DNA of 64,000 nt from Callorhinchus milii (GCF_018977255.1 NW_024704742.1:127970001-128034000); one strand, 5' to 3'. Counted from the stretch's first letter, positions 24,016-38,444 are shown. Notes: generated by a model not told the origin, from the letters alone. Numbers and translations are program-made.

Positions 24016-24347
24016 GAAGTCCTGTAGCTTAGGTTCTAATCCTGGCAGGGCAAAACCTTAGGGAAGTTTCCCTACTCCACATGCCTCTGTTCACCTTGCA
24101 GTAAGTAGGAACCCAGCTGGTGGATCAGTTTTCCATGGGTAATAATCCTTCAAAACAAAAAAANTTATAATAATTTGGTCACTCAACTACCACTGTTTGT
24201 GGGACACTCCAGTGTGCAATTACCTGCTGCATTTCGCCCACAGAATATACATTCAATTCACTCCACAGTATATTCTGTGAAGTGTTTTGAGATGCCTCAA
24301 TGATGTGATAAGGCACTTTATCAAAAACAAGGATTATTGTTATTATA
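24016..24347 (+). mobile_element. tRNA-derived SINE, long subfamily with a head deletion
   Basis: Same body and tail as 6158-6530. Confidence 0.85.
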
Positions 24348-27300
24348 AATGTCAAGTCAAATACTGTGTGTAAACCTATTGAGATGATATTTGTGGGATT
24401 TCATAAGGCATTGTGATAACTAGCACAAAGAATCTGTTAAGAAATGCTGCAAATTTCACCCCTTACGTGCAGTGTACTGTTGGTTATGGCAACCACAATA
24501 AATTGCATTTATATATCACATTTCATGTTGGAAGGACATCCCAAGGCACTGGATGGTCTCTCAAGCTCTAACCTCCGTGGGAAAATCATGTGAATGAATC
24601 CTGCTGGATCGGTTGCTGCACCTGAAAATACAATCAGCTCAAGTTTTAAGTCGATATAGCTATGGCATATATCACAGTAAGAGAATTCTCAGGAGGACAC
24701 TAAAGATGTGGAAGAAAAGAATGTCAAACATACCAATAAAATACCGATCAGCACAATTTCAGTGGAGCAGACTGTATGTGAAAGTATGTTTTGATCTGGG
24801 CCCAACAATAACTCATTCATTCTGAAAGATTAGTAAGCTTTTTTTAAAAAAAGCACTTGGCAGGTTAACAAATAAATGTCACACACAGAGGAAAAGTTGA
24901 CCTTTCCCTCCTTGTATCACATGTCAGGTAATTTCTCGGTCCCAGACTAATGTAAAGATTTAAAAGGTAACTTATGTGTACGTTATTATGCTTAGAATTG
25001 ACTACCATAATTTAGACAAAGCACAATGCAATCCTTGCAGATGTTTTCCCTTGATTCATATGGGACTCTCCTGCCCTAGCCCCAGCCCCAGCCCCACTCA
25101 TCTCTAGTGTCAAATGGCTCAGCTGCAAGACTCTGTATGAGGGAATTTCATATACAGTAAGAAACCCTTGTGGATTACTTATAAACTAATAATATCATAT
25201 TGATTGGAGCTTCTTATTGGATTAGATGCCAGAAAATGGAGAACAACCTTATCAAGGTTGTTTTGCAAGTTTTGCAGTAAGAAATCAATTATGCAATGGG
25301 CAAATTCCTCCAGGAACTGAAATCATGTAACCTCCCCAAAGTCCAGGGCAGCATTCATTTCCCAGTCTGTTGAGCTATTGAACTAAGCAGTTCTGGATAT
25401 TTGTTTGTGCTGCTGCATCAATGAGTCAACCACTCGTATAACACACATAACACAGGATATAATTTTGCTTGAAATCATCAAATTAAGAGATGAAAATAAT
25501 AATATTTCAAGAGCAGTGTTGTATATTTCAGAGATAAGATTTTATCTCGACACAAAGCTATTTGTGCTTGTATTGATCTATCAACTGGTTCAATTTACTG
25601 TTGGTCCTCTTTTGACTATATTCAGTCCATGTTACAAGCATTCAGACTGCTATTAGAGAGCTGTAGTGGACAACAGGGTCTTATAAGTATTGGCTGAGGT
25701 TATAGCTACAATACATCAGTCTTGGTGACTATTTAATTAGAATAATGGAGTGTTCAGATAGCATTTGGATCTATGCCTCAGATAGATGGAAGCACGGTTA
25801 CAAATGAATTAGTTGAAATAGACATCCAGATCTACAATTTTAAATGGGGTAAAAGCAGCTGTTCAGAGACAAACCTACATGTAACATGACAATCCACACA
25901 ATTGCCATATAAATCTATAAATAGCTTGTTTGGAAAATGACTAAACCTCCTATATAATGTAAATCCTGGTAATATAAAGTTTTTATTAATCTTCAAGTTT
26001 TATTATTATAATGGCAATAATAATAATCTTTGAATTTGGTATAGCACCTTATCATGTCATCGAGACATCTCAAAGCATTTCACAGAATATACTGTAAAGT
26101 AGTGTGACTGTGTGCATTTTGTGAGCGAACGCAGCAGCCAATTTTGCGCACAGCAATGTCCCGCAAACAGCCATGGAGTAAGTGACCAAATTTATTTGGG
26201 GAATTGTTGACCAGAACATCCGGAGAAACTCCTTTCTCTTATAATTAGTTAGGTATATTTCGCTTCAAGGAACCATTCAGACAGAGCATAACGACACTTG
26301 AAAAGGAACTGGATGAATAATTGAAGGCACCTCTCAAAACGTACCTCTTTTTGGTCATCTTTCCTCTCCCAAACATCCTTGGTTTCCACCTCCAGTTGGT
26401 GCCCGACCAGCAATGTGAAACGCTATGAGACGTATAGAAATGTATAATTGTATCGTGCCTCATTGTAAAAGAATATGAAAGGGTGTAGAAAACGAGCAGG
26501 TATTTGGCGTTAGAGGACTGTGGTCAGCTCCAACTTGGATCAATGGGTTGAATGGCCACTTCTTATGGTGTGATTTCTCTGATTCTTTATTCCTTTGCTT
26601 TCTAATTCCTTTTCCTCTATGGGTATTGAGTACCCACTGAAACCTCACAACCCTCTGATCTGGATGGCTTAAGACTGGACTGCTAGATCCCTGGGGAGGA
26701 GAGGGTGGAAGATTTAAAGGTTTTAGCTAATTTTTGTGTTCCACTTGGTCCCACAGGTATTATCGATCATTGTTAAAATAATAAAACTGCCAGCATTTGC
26801 TGCTGGGCAGCACCATGAGATAAATGCATACATCCATAAGAATGTTTCACTCCATCCAATTAAGGTCCATACATCAGAGGTTTAGAGGTCTCGACAAAAC
26901 AAAAAGATTCGCCTGAACATCAGATACAATGTGGGAGCTTCCAGCCATTTTGTCCCTGCTCTCTGGAACTCTTCGCACCCCCACCCCCCCACCCAACCAC
27001 CACTTTGAAAGCCTGACTCAAGACCTGGGCCAAAAGAAAAGTGCGGAAATATTTACCCCAAATTGCGGGGAGGTTTGCGAATTTTGCGGAAAATTGCAGG
27101 GGAATTTTGGACACGTTTGGCAGAAAACGGTGGAGAGTTGATTGGTCCGGTACTGTTGAGGTACATTTTACCGCGAACCTACATTTTTTCACTTTATGGA
27201 TAACAACTAAACATGGGAAAATAACATATTAGAATGTTGCAAAAAAATATGAATTGCGTCTTTAACAAAAACTGTGTGGCCTTTTTGGGGGTGAGGGGGG

Positions 27301-27354
27301 GGGCAGGAGGGGGAATGGGGGCACACCAGCAAATATACAGGAGCTCTCAAGACT

Positions 27355-28615
27355 GCACACAGACCCAGAGAGAGACATACACATACACAGACACAGAGAC
27401 ACAGACAGAGACAGACATACTCAGACAGGGACATACATATCCACGCAGAGACACACATACTCACACAGAGACACACGTACTCAGAGACACAGAGAGAGAC
27501 ATACACAGACACAGAAAGAGACACATACACACAGAGACACATACATACATACATACAGGCACACCCACAAACACTCATAGTAGAGGGAGACACAGACATA
27601 CTCACACAGACACTCACAAACAGAGAGGGACACACACAGACACTCACAGATACATATAGGGAGACATACACACAGACACTCATACACACACTCAAACACA
27701 AACACACAAAGACATACACTCTTTTTGACCGCGCCTTTGGTCACGTTCCTCCCCCTCCCCCCGGCTCGGCCCCGGGATCCGTTACTGTAAAGCGCTCTGA
27801 GACGCCGTCCGGCGTGGAGGGCACTATATAAATCCAAGTTGTTGTTGTTGTTGTTGTACACACACACACACACACACACACAGACATACACACAATCATA
27901 CAAACACACACAGACACACACAATCATACAAACACACACAGACAAACATAATCATACACAATCACACACAAACACACACAAACAATCATACACGCGCACA
28001 CACACAAACACACACAGACATACACACAATCACACACACACACAGACACTCACACAAACTCACAGACTCTCACACAGACTCTCACACTCACACACACTTA
28101 CACACACAGACACGCACACAGAGACACTCTCACAAACACTCACACACACACTCTCACACTCACATACAGATTCTCTCATACTCACGAACACTCACAGTCT
28201 CACACAGACACATACTCACACACTCACACACAGACTCTCATACTCTCACACATACTTTTACACACACACACTCTCACACACATGCACTCACACAGCCCTC
28301 ACACACAGACACGCACACACACTCTCACACACTCACCCACACTCTCTCACACTCGCTCACACTTTCTCTTACACTCTCACATTCACACTCTTTCACTCAC
28401 TCTCTCACACTCTCTCACTCTCTCACACTCTCACATTCACACACTCATACTCTCACATTCACACTCTTTCACTCTCACTCTCTCACACTCTCTCACTCTC
28501 ACTCTCTCACACCCTCTCACTCTCACACTCGCTCTCACTCTCTCACACTCACTCTCACACTCTCTCTCTCTTACTCTCTCTCACTCTGTCACACACAAAG
28601 ACACAGAAACACAGA
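27355..28615. repeat. Degenerate (CA)n/(CACT)n microsatellite field with an L2 3' end at ~27722-27856
   Basis: Directly visible; the L2 stem-loop and (TTG)n tail are at 27791-27856. Confidence 0.9.
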
Positions 28616-28619
28616 CAAT

Positions 28620-28930
28620 CACGACAGCGAAGCCTCCGCGTGAAGCCCATTTATCGCTGTCCCCGCAATGTGCATGTGCGTCCTAAACCACCCGCCTGCC
28701 CACAGTGACGTCAAGGAAACAGCCGGGAGAGAGGCCCGCAGTCCAGGAACTACATTTATAGCGGATTTGCAGTGGAGGGTCGTTTGTGGCGCTTTCTGTG
28801 GAAAAAAGTGCGGCCGCACTATTCTATTAGCCCAGCTCAACACTTACCTCCATTACTGTGTTTTTGGTCAACTTTCCCCGATCCTCTTCAGCTCCCGCAC
28901 CACCTCCACCCTCTCCCCAGGGCTTGGCTG
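28620..28930. promoter_or_regulatory. CpG-rich promoter-like island
   Basis: CpGs retained in a CpG-depleted background. Full CRE TGACGTCA at 28706-28713, NRF1-like GTGCATGTGCG at 28670-28680, ACTACA (ZNF143-associated half motif) at 28749-28754, minus-strand donor GAG|GTAAGT after 28848. Confidence 0.55.
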
Positions 28931-30269
28931 CCCAGACAGCTATGCAAAGACTTTCTCTCCACGTAAATGGAGGCATATAAACAGAATTGTATTGCAAATT
29001 GTATTGTATCACAACACATTTTGGATAAGCTGCCAAAGGATAGGTGAAACAAATCTTGAAATTCCTCAAAGCCTAGACTTCCTCCTCTAGGACCATTTTC
29101 GTTTAAGAAATGTGCAAGACTGGCTTCGAAATTGTCCAGAGGCTTGGGACGTCCTCCCGACGTGAAAGATGCTGTAGAAGTGTAATTTTGTTGTTTGTTG
29201 TTGTTGTAAATTAAGACTAAATTCAAACGCTGTGGAACACTACCCTGCATGAGGGGCACTATATAAATGCAAGTTGTTGCTGATGGTGAATGAAAACTTT
29301 TCAAAAATCTGCACAATCTTAAATTTTAAGACAACGGTCTTAAGGCTGAAACCATGAGAAATTTCAGGCTTTAGATACTAACCTTCCTGCTCCTCTTCAA
29401 TTCACGTACATGTTTCAGTGCAGTATCTGGTTTGCATTGCTCAGGTTCTGAATCTCCCATTCACTGACCTACTAAATACCATAAGCAATGGAAGCTTTAC
29501 GTTTATCCATGTTCTTGGTGAGAAAATCATTAGGAATGGCAATTAACCATATATAGGGGACGTAAGATTGGACAGATTATGGATTCCAAAATTCAAAGGT
29601 AGTTTATGAGTATTGATTTTCTTTTACACAACAGTGACCCATATGAGCAGTTAATACTCAACAGCACTTAGAAGCAATAACATTAAATTACCTTTTTAAA
29701 AGGCTACCTCAGCATCCTAACAAGTTTAATTATATTGCCGCCATATGGTTGGACGTACTAAATAGCAATGACTGATATTCAGCCATTTCAATGTTGTTTT
29801 CAAGAATTCGTATTAAGGAAAAAAAATCAAAGGTCACTAGAATGAAGAAAGGATCCACAGAATTGTTGAATAATAAGAGGTTATTGACTCGACTTGCCCA
29901 CTGAATGCAATGTGTGAAATGACCTTCTGAGAAAAAGGTCAATGGAACGCTCCTGAGGTTCGCTTGCAACCAATATTTAGTTAATGAAGCATTTATTGGT
30001 CATCGTTCCTCTAAACAAACATTCCAACTAACTGCTTAATACCAGGCATCTCATTTTATCTTTCATCCACTCATCTCTCCTTGATCCTCAACTGTCTCTC
30101 GCATTGAAAACAACCAGGTCTTAAAGCGAAACTCGGAAATCCCAATGGTACAGAGGAGATGATGTTTATGGCCCCAATGATATTATTCAGAAAAGCCTTT
30201 GATGAGAATTGAAGCACCAGGTTGAAATATTTGGCTCCTCAATTCCCTTGATAGCTCTGTTGGTTAATC

Positions 30270-30550
30270 ATGTCAACCTCTGGAGGGTCCCAGTTTCAAT
30301 CCCAGTCTGTGCTGAGTGAGCTGATTTCAGCCAGGATAGCTGCAAGGAACATCAATAACCACCTCCCTTATTGTGATAGGGAGAAAAATCAACTAGGTTT
30401 TCTGTTCTCTAATCCCTGTTCAGTGTCATCTGATGGAAGTTGCACATGTGGGCGTGTTGAGTTAACAGAACTGGGATTTACTGATGACTCAATGCCTACC
30501 AACACTCACTGTCTATTCCAGAGTTACTCAAATATGGCCACGTGGCTGCA
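30270..30550 (+). mobile_element. AmnSINE2-like ancient SINE
   Basis: GGTCCCAGTTTCAATCCCAGTCTGTGCTGAGTGAGCTGATTTCAGCCAGG..TAGGGAGAAAAATCAACTAGG, recalled from the AmnSINE2 consensus. Confidence 0.6.
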
Positions 30551-30584
30551 TGGGGTCACAGCAATCCCCTGAGTGAGGTAATCA

Positions 30585-30893
30585 TAATAATAATCCTTGC
30601 ATTTGATATTGCGCTTTTCACGTCTTCTAGACGTCTCAAAGCGCTTCACAGAATAGTCTGTAAAGTGAATTGACTATATTTGTGGGCAAAACACGACAGC
30701 CAATTGCGCACAGCAGTGTCCCACAAACAGTCGTGGATTGAAGTGACCAATTTGTTATTGTTTTTTTTTCTTGAGGAATTATTATCAGGCATGTGGAGTA
30801 AGGAAACTTGCCCAAGGTTTCGCCCTGCTGGGAATCAAACCCAGGTCTCTCGCTTGTGAGGCAAGTGCTCTAACCACTGAGCTACAGGACTCC
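30585..30893 (-). mobile_element. tRNA-derived SINE, short subfamily
   Basis: Full-length reverse complement. Confidence 0.9.
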
Positions 30894-31196
30894 ACAAGAT
30901 ATTGAAGATAGGCCAACTCTAACCATGCTCTGCCTCCCCCACCACCTTCCAATTATTATGTTAGCAATTCAAATAGATAGCAATTCATTTTCAGACCTAA
31001 GTGAATACCAATTTTTGACATGCTGACTAATAATTTATTAATCTTTGAACACAGGGAGTAGTACATTACCATTATATGACTGTAACATGGCTGATAGGTT
31101 CTATCAGATAACAAGTGAATTTGTTTTACCGATAGCTGCCACCCAAACATCAATTAGTTATTTGAGTGGATCAGGTGATTTGTCTTTTACTTTTTG

Positions 31197-31390
31197 CCTC
31201 CCTATATTGAACATATTCAAGACTGAGATCGATAGATTTTTAAAAACTAAAGAGATTAAGGGATATGGGGATAGGGCGGACAAATGGAATTAGGTTAGAA
31301 GATCAGCCATGATTGTATTAAATGGCGGGGCAGGCTCGCGGTGACGAATGGCCTACTTCTGCTCCTATTTCTTATGCTCTTATGTTCTTA
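31197..31390 (+). mobile_element. CR1 LINE 3' end
   Basis: Encodes LNIFKTEIDRFL..IKGYG; ends in a (TCTTATG)-type repeat tail. Confidence 0.85.
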
Positions 31391-32752
31391 TAACTGGTAG
31401 AACGCCATACCTCCACTCAGCATCTCCCCTTGCTGAGCCAAATGGACCATTTAGGTGCTACCAACTGAGACAAGATGACACCAAAATGGTCCACTCAAAT
31501 ATCCGATTGATGTTTTGGTGTCCCTGGTTTTTTTTCGATCTAAAAGAGTAATGTGAATCAGAGAGAAGGTCCACATTAGAGGCATGATAGGGTTTAGAAG
31601 ACACTAATAAATCTAATCAATAAAAATCCTTGCATTTGAGATAGTGCCGTTCACATCGGGAAGAGATCTCAAAGAGCTTCACAGATTTTACTGTAAAGTG
31701 TAGTGACTATGAATTTTGTAGGCCTGGGAAGGTTACTTAGGGACTAGAACTAGTGGAACATGCTACATATGATATGTGGCACAATCTGTAAGAACAGGTA
31801 GAGTTCATAAGTTCTTCATACTATAGTACATGATGTGTCAGGCATTCTTACCTCTGTTATAATTTGTAGTTGAAGCATTATGTGAGTCCTAGCAGATTGA
31901 TATTAAAAATCCAATGATGTTTTCTTCAAAGTGTGGGGGGTTTTCTTTACGCCTGGGCCAATATTTAACCATTATTATAGGTTTCAAACATGTGGTAAAA
32001 CAAATTTCCATGGAATGTATGTGTGACGGGGAGTGTATTGATGCTCGCAGTGATAAAGTAAAGGGTAAGACATTCCACAAGAGGTCTCCTATTATTCAAA
32101 TAGACAGAATTATTTCAATGATTAGACAGAGCAAGAATATTTCCTGAAGATGTGAATATGTGGGTTTTTAAAGGAACTTTCAGAAAACTGTCTTTAAAAT
32201 TAAATACAGCATTTAAGAATTAGACAAATTCTGCAAGCTCTGAAATAGTACCTTAATAGAGTAAATCTAGAGCAAGGTGGAATTTCTGCCCACAAATGTA
32301 TGGTCCCACTGCATCTATTCTTGTACCTTATTCCCATGATAGGTTTATTTTTCTTGCTAAAGCTCTTTAAAAGAAAGTTAACAAAAAGGGCAGTATAAAT
32401 TACAGCCTGAGAATGAACTCCCATGCAATTACAATATGTTACAATCCTGTGGCTTAGGCTGAAAACATTTTTGCTGGTTTGACAAGTTTGAACAATGTGC
32501 TGTCACTCTGCCCACAAATTGAATGCATTAATTTCTCTGCTTACTCAGCAAACTGAAAAAAGGGATATTTTGTTTATAATGCAGAATTAACTAAACCTTT
32601 ACCGACACAATGAGCATGCACATACGTAAATGTAATGTGTAAGGAAAGTACAGTACTTGTGGAACTATTAATACATTTCATTTTTTAAAGCAGTCGAACA
32701 AATGGTTTTCATTTTAATTATTTTTAATGGATCATTTTTCTTATCCTCCTGT

Positions 32753-33057
32753 GGAGTCCTGTAGCTCAGTGGTTAGAGCACTCGCTTTGCAAGTGAGAGA
32801 CCTGAGTTCAATTCCAGGCAGAGGGCGAAACCTTGGGCAAGTTTCCTTACTCCACACGCCTAATAATAATCCCTCCAAAACAAAACAATAATAAATTGGT
32901 CATTTTCAATCCACGACTGTTTGTGGGACATTGCTGTGCGCAATTGGCTGCTGCATTCACCCACAAATATACAGTCAATTCACTTTACAGTGTGTTCTGT
33001 AAAGCGCTTTGGGATGTCCTCCCGACGTCAAATGCAAGGATTATTATTATTATTATT
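32753..33057 (+). mobile_element. tRNA-derived SINE, short subfamily
   Basis: Nearly identical to 14619-14948. Confidence 0.9.
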
Positions 33058-34579
33058 TGGCGATGGGGTGGGGGAAAGTGAATTGTTTCTCCTTAGGTTT
33101 GAGCTGGATCTGCAGTGATGTGTCTTGCAAAGGAAGAGCGGATCTGAGTCAAGTCTCTGCTGGACTCAGTGATTCAATGGCCAAGTCATAAAGGAGAAGG
33201 GAACAGAAAGAAATGAGAGAGAAAATTAGGATAAACTCCAGCACGACATCGCTGGGCTGAATGGCCTGTTTCCCTGCTGCAATGTTCTATATAATTCAAT
33301 GTAAATCATGCAGGTCTATATTATTCTGGATCATGGTTGAATGCTGATGTTTGATCAATGTGCTTGGCTCCTCAATGAGATTTAGAGAGGTGGACATATC
33401 ACTGGAGGTGACTCGTGAAAAACATCCAAGCCAATGCGCTAACTGGTTGAGTGGTTCTTATCAATGCTTCTTACTGGTAAGATGAATGGTTTTAACTGGT
33501 TTAATTCAGTGCTATCTCAATGTGCACCTATAGTTTCTAATACCTTTGCTTCTGTCAACTCACATCCATGCTCTCAAGGCACAGGGAAGTGGTGACATTC
33601 CCCCTCTTCTATCGTAGGGGAGATTGTGTGTTGTGCATTCTGACAAATAGAAACTTGGTTTCTGTGAGTTCTTAGTATCTTAAGATGTAGAAGCTTAAAC
33701 ACAGCTAGGTGTTTTCATGCATGTCACATTCCCAGGCATCCTTAAAACACTTTAAAAATAATTGGCAAAGTTACAACTGCATGTTCTTTTGTATATTTCT
33801 GCTACCGAGAATAACAGGCACAATACTAGGGAAGAGCACAACACTTCATGTTGTCCCCTTCTGTTAAGACAAGAAAAAAGTAAAAAAGAGGAGACCGAAT
33901 GGAAGATTTTCACCTTGATTTATATAGCTTCCCATTTAAAAGAAAAGCAAATTACTGATTCAAAGAGTTTGAGTGCATTTTGTTTTGGTTTGTAACATCT
34001 GTTAATTTTCCAAGCTGTCTACTGACAAAAGATATTTTTGGTCTTTTATTGAACCCACAAGGTCTAAGATCTAGATAGCTTTTGTGTAAATAATCAGGTG
34101 ATGCTGTATTGACTTACTAACCTTTCAGAGTGATCTATGGAACAAAAAGTACATTATGAAGTGAATTCTACCCGAGGCATAATCATCCGTTTAGAAGCTA
34201 TCCTCTTTCCGTTTCTGAGTCAACACAAACTTTAACCCTTTGAGTATGAGAAGATTTGTTCTGAACATTTAACATATTATATGTAGGGTTTTAGAAAATG
34301 TTTAAATTCAGTTGTAATTTGGTAGAGGGTTTTCTGCAATTCTTGTTAAGAACTCTAATCATTACCTGATGGCCACCAGCTCCATGGAACTGCACACCAT
34401 CAAGAGGAGGCTCGACCAGATGCAGGAAGATCCAGAATATATCAGTGGGGAGAAAATTCAATGAAAAATTACTGAACATGTGAGCTGCAAAACCTTATTA
34501 CAAAATGGATTCCTTGAACTGATCAGCCGGCATTGTAAATAGGACCACAATAATGCAACAAAAGAATCATTATATATTT

Positions 34580-34945
34580 ACAACAACAACAAGATTCCAT
34601 TTATAGAGCGCCTTTCACGTTGGGAGGACGTCCCAAGGCGCTGTACGGTTGGGTCAGGACCCGAGCAGGGGGAAAATGGTCAGGGTGAGGGAAGGGAAGG
34701 GAGGGAGCGAGGAGGGGGTAGAGAGTCGAGAGGGGAGCTGAAGGCACGGTCAAAGAGAAAGGTCTTGAGACCGGCCTTGAAGGAGGAAAGGGAGGAGGCG
34801 GCGAAGGCACTGGGGATAGAGTTCCAGAGCCTAGGGGCTGAGAGGCTGAAGGTCCGGCCACCGATGGTAGGGCGGTTGGGGCGGGGGATGTGGAGCAGAC
34901 CGGAGCTAGAGGAACGGAGGGTACGGGCAGGTAGGTAGGGGGATA
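34580..34945 (-). mobile_element. Young L2 3' fragment
   Basis: CpG-rich, highly similar to 49363-49742, (TTG)n tail. Confidence 0.9.
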
Positions 34946-35346
34946 GTATTTATTCTTTTGGGGAAAAAATTGCCTTGAGCTCTTGCACACACTGTAATGG
35001 TCCATGACTATAGACAGTTTTCTAAGTGCTCTGAGACACTATCCTGTGTGGCGGGTTCTATATAAGTGCAAGTTGGTTTTGTTGTTTTATTACCACCATC
35101 ACACCACCACCAACAACAACTTTCATAGATATAATGCCCTTTACGTGGGGTAGTGCCTCAGAGCATCATCAGGATATTCTTGCTTGTTGGCTTTAATAAT
35201 AATATTGATGCTCGCATTTTGATATAGTACCTTATCAAACTGTCAAGATGTCTGAAAGTGATTCATAGGATATCCTGTAAAGTGTATGACTGTGAACATT
35301 TTGTGGGTGAACACGATGGCCAATTTGCATAGAGTAATATCCCATA

Positions 35347-36585
35347 AACAACAACAACAACAACAAAATTACATTTATTTAGCGCCCTTCACGTCAGGAG
35401 GACGTCCCAAGGTGCTGGACAGACATTACTGACCCGAGCTGAGGGTCGGGGTGGGGGAGGACAGGGGGAAGCAGAGAGATCAAAAGCACGTTTGAAGAGG
35501 AGGATCTTGAGGTGGGTCTTGAAGGTGGCGAGGGAGGAGATGAGACAGAGGGACTGCGGGATGGAGTTCCAGAGAGTGGGTGCAGAGTGGCGGAAGGTCT
35601 GCCCGCCGATAGTGGGGTGACCAAGGTGGGGGACATGAAGCAGGCCGGAGCCCACTGAGCAGAGGGAGTGAATGGGATGGTAAGGGGTTAGGAGGTTGGA
35701 GAGGTAGGGGGGGAGCAAGACCATGGTGGGCTTTGAAGGTGAGGACCAGGATCTTGAACTGTATCCTCTGTGAGGTGGGAAGCCAGTGGAGTTGGGCAAG
35801 GATGGGGGTGATAGGGTCACGGAGCCTGGTTGGGGAGAGGACATGGGCTGCAGAGTTCTGGATGATCTGCAGCCTGTGGAGGGAGGAACTGGGGAGGCTG
35901 ACAAGCAGTGAGTTTGCATCGTCGAGCCTTGATGTAATGAAAGCGTTTATGAGGGTATTGGCCGCCTGCGTTGTGAGACAGTGTCCAAGTCGAGCGACGT
36001 TGCAGAGGTGGGGGAAGGCGGAGCGGGTCATGGCGCAAATGTGGGGTAGAAAGGAGGGTCGACCAAGACCCCAAGTTTCTGGACTGGCTTAGCAAGGTTG
36101 AGTGTGCAATCATGGATGGGGATACTGTCAGCACCTGAGATGAAGGGGTGCTGACGGGAGCCAATCAGGAGAGCCTCAGTCTTGTTGAAGTTCAACTGAA
36201 GAAAGTTAGCTCTTATCCAGGACTTGATGTCTGACAGACATTCTGTCAGCACAGCAGGGTCCTAGAGTCAAGGGTGGAGGCAGATAGGTACAGTTGGGTG
36301 TCATTATTATCCATTTGCACATGGAAGTTGACCCCATGTCTGCAGATGATGTCACCGAGAGGGAGCATGTAGATATTGAAGAGGAAAGGAGTAAGGACAG
36401 AGCCCTGAGGAACACCGCATGAGACGGTGCGGGGGCCAGAGGAGAAGTCATTTGAACCAATCTGAACCAATCAAGGACAGCGCCGTGGAGGTTGAGGTGA
36501 GAGGAGAGGCGGTGGATGAGGATAGGGTGGTTGACGGTGTTGAAAGGTCAAGGAGGATGAGGAGGCAGAGGGAGCCCTGATCTCA
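35347..36585 (-). mobile_element. L2 LINE, ~1.2 kb, 5'-truncated, frameshifted RT; inserted into a DeuSINE (35200-35347 and 36590-36862)
   Basis: [73 protein letters not shown]. Confidence 0.92.
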
Positions 36586-38444
36586 GTTACTAAACAGCTA
36601 GTGACCAATTTTATTTGGAGGATTATTGAACAAAAAAAACACCAAACACTCATCTCTTTTTAAATAGTGCCATGGGACCTTTATCATCCACTAGACAGGC
36701 AGACAGAGCAGCAGGTTAACATCTCATCGAAAGGACGGTACTTCCGATAATGCAGCACACCACCAACACGGTATTGGAATACCAGCCTATGGGTTCCATG
36801 TCCAAACATGGGACTTGACTTTTGACTCGAAGACAAAAGTAATACCAAGTGAATCAGGCTGACATAAATACATGTTTATTACCATTATCAGTGACTTGGC
36901 TTAAAACGTTATGTACAAACAGGCCTTTTCCATGCAGAAGGGAAATATATACTTTGGGAATTATGAAATTGCAGTGGTATGTTACAGATTTGATTAAATG
37001 ATTCAAAAGGGAATTTAACATCCACAATAATTCATTGGGAAATGTAACTTACTCACATTTGTACTTCCTTTACGTATTTGTGATTTTGTACTATTAGTAT
37101 TCTAACCCAAGTAGATTATCCTACATATATTCTAGGATTAAAAGCATAAAACCTGCCACCACAGTGCAGAGTGATTACTTGTGAAACATTCTGAGTTTCC
37201 TTTATCTTATAAAATTGCAAACTGATTATCAATTGTATGTTTCTTAACAAATCCAATGTGATATCATATCAAATCAGCTAAGAAAAGTTGCAACTTCCAA
37301 TCTACGACTAAATATCACACCTACTCCACCAATCGTCTGATGGTTTGCCCTCAAAGCAGATCGTGGGACATTGCTCTGTGCAAATTGGCTGCTGTGTTCA
37401 CCCATAAAATATAATATTGTATAAATAATTATCTTTTAATTTGGAAAGTGTCTTCCACATCAGGCAGATATCTCAAAGCGCTTCACAGGATTCACTGCAC
37501 AGTGTAGTAACTGTGCATATTGTGGGTGAACACAGCAGCCAATTTACGCACAGCAATGTTCCACAAACAGACTTGAAATGAGTGACCAAAATGAGCAGTT
37601 ACTACACTGTGAACGCCTAGAGTTATTTCGCTGACATGGTAAGGACCAATAAAACACAGGCTTATTATTCTCACTGTTTTTGTTGCTGTAAGTGGCTGCT
37701 CTTTGTGGTTGTTTCTTACAGAGGGGAGCATTTCCTTGCTGCTTCATAGAACACGGTCTTATCTCATTCTAGTAAATTCACTGTTGCAAATACCTCGAAG
37801 GCTAGTTCCTTGTTGTACTTTATTTAAAAATATAACTTGTGAAAAGATTTATTTTTAATATGTAGCGGTGTTGGTGTATGTAACTGACATGCAGTCATTC
37901 AAACAGAACTAAAATGAGCTGTCCCTTTTCAAATAATATTCAAATGATGCAGCCTGAATGCTCTGATCAAACCCTTCCTAATGACAAAACCTTATTAGTT
38001 TCGCCCACAAAAATATGCAGTCAATTCATTTAACAGTATATCCTACTGAAGCGCTTTGAGACGTTTTGAAGACGTGATAAAGCACTATATCAAATGCAAG
38101 GATTATTATTATCACTCCCCGGTATTGCCCCACCATCACTTTTACAAACAGATACAACAATCATATTTCATCCAAGTTGTTTTTCTTCTTCCTCCCCTAA
38201 GAAAACACATTATATTAAGAATTTGTGCTTTTTAAAAAAAAAACAGAATAAGTACAAACCTCCTTTATTACACAGTAACAGGTGTCTGTTCATTCTCTCT
38301 CTGTTGTACATATCCCACATGACCAGAAGTGGTACTTAAACATACTGCACATATAGAAATAAGATCAAGAATCAGACATTGTCATCATTATAATCTTATG
38401 GAGTTTGACCAGCTTGAGCTCAGTATTTAAAGTGATGTATTATA

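Noticed and set aside
27207..28708. His/Thr- and Val/Cys-rich ORFs
   Set aside because: They derive from the (CA)n/(CACT)n microsatellite field.
32753..32825. tRNA-Ala gene (also at 6158, 14619, 39231 and others)
   Set aside because: The acceptor stem is not intact and each continues into a SINE body, so these are SINE heads.
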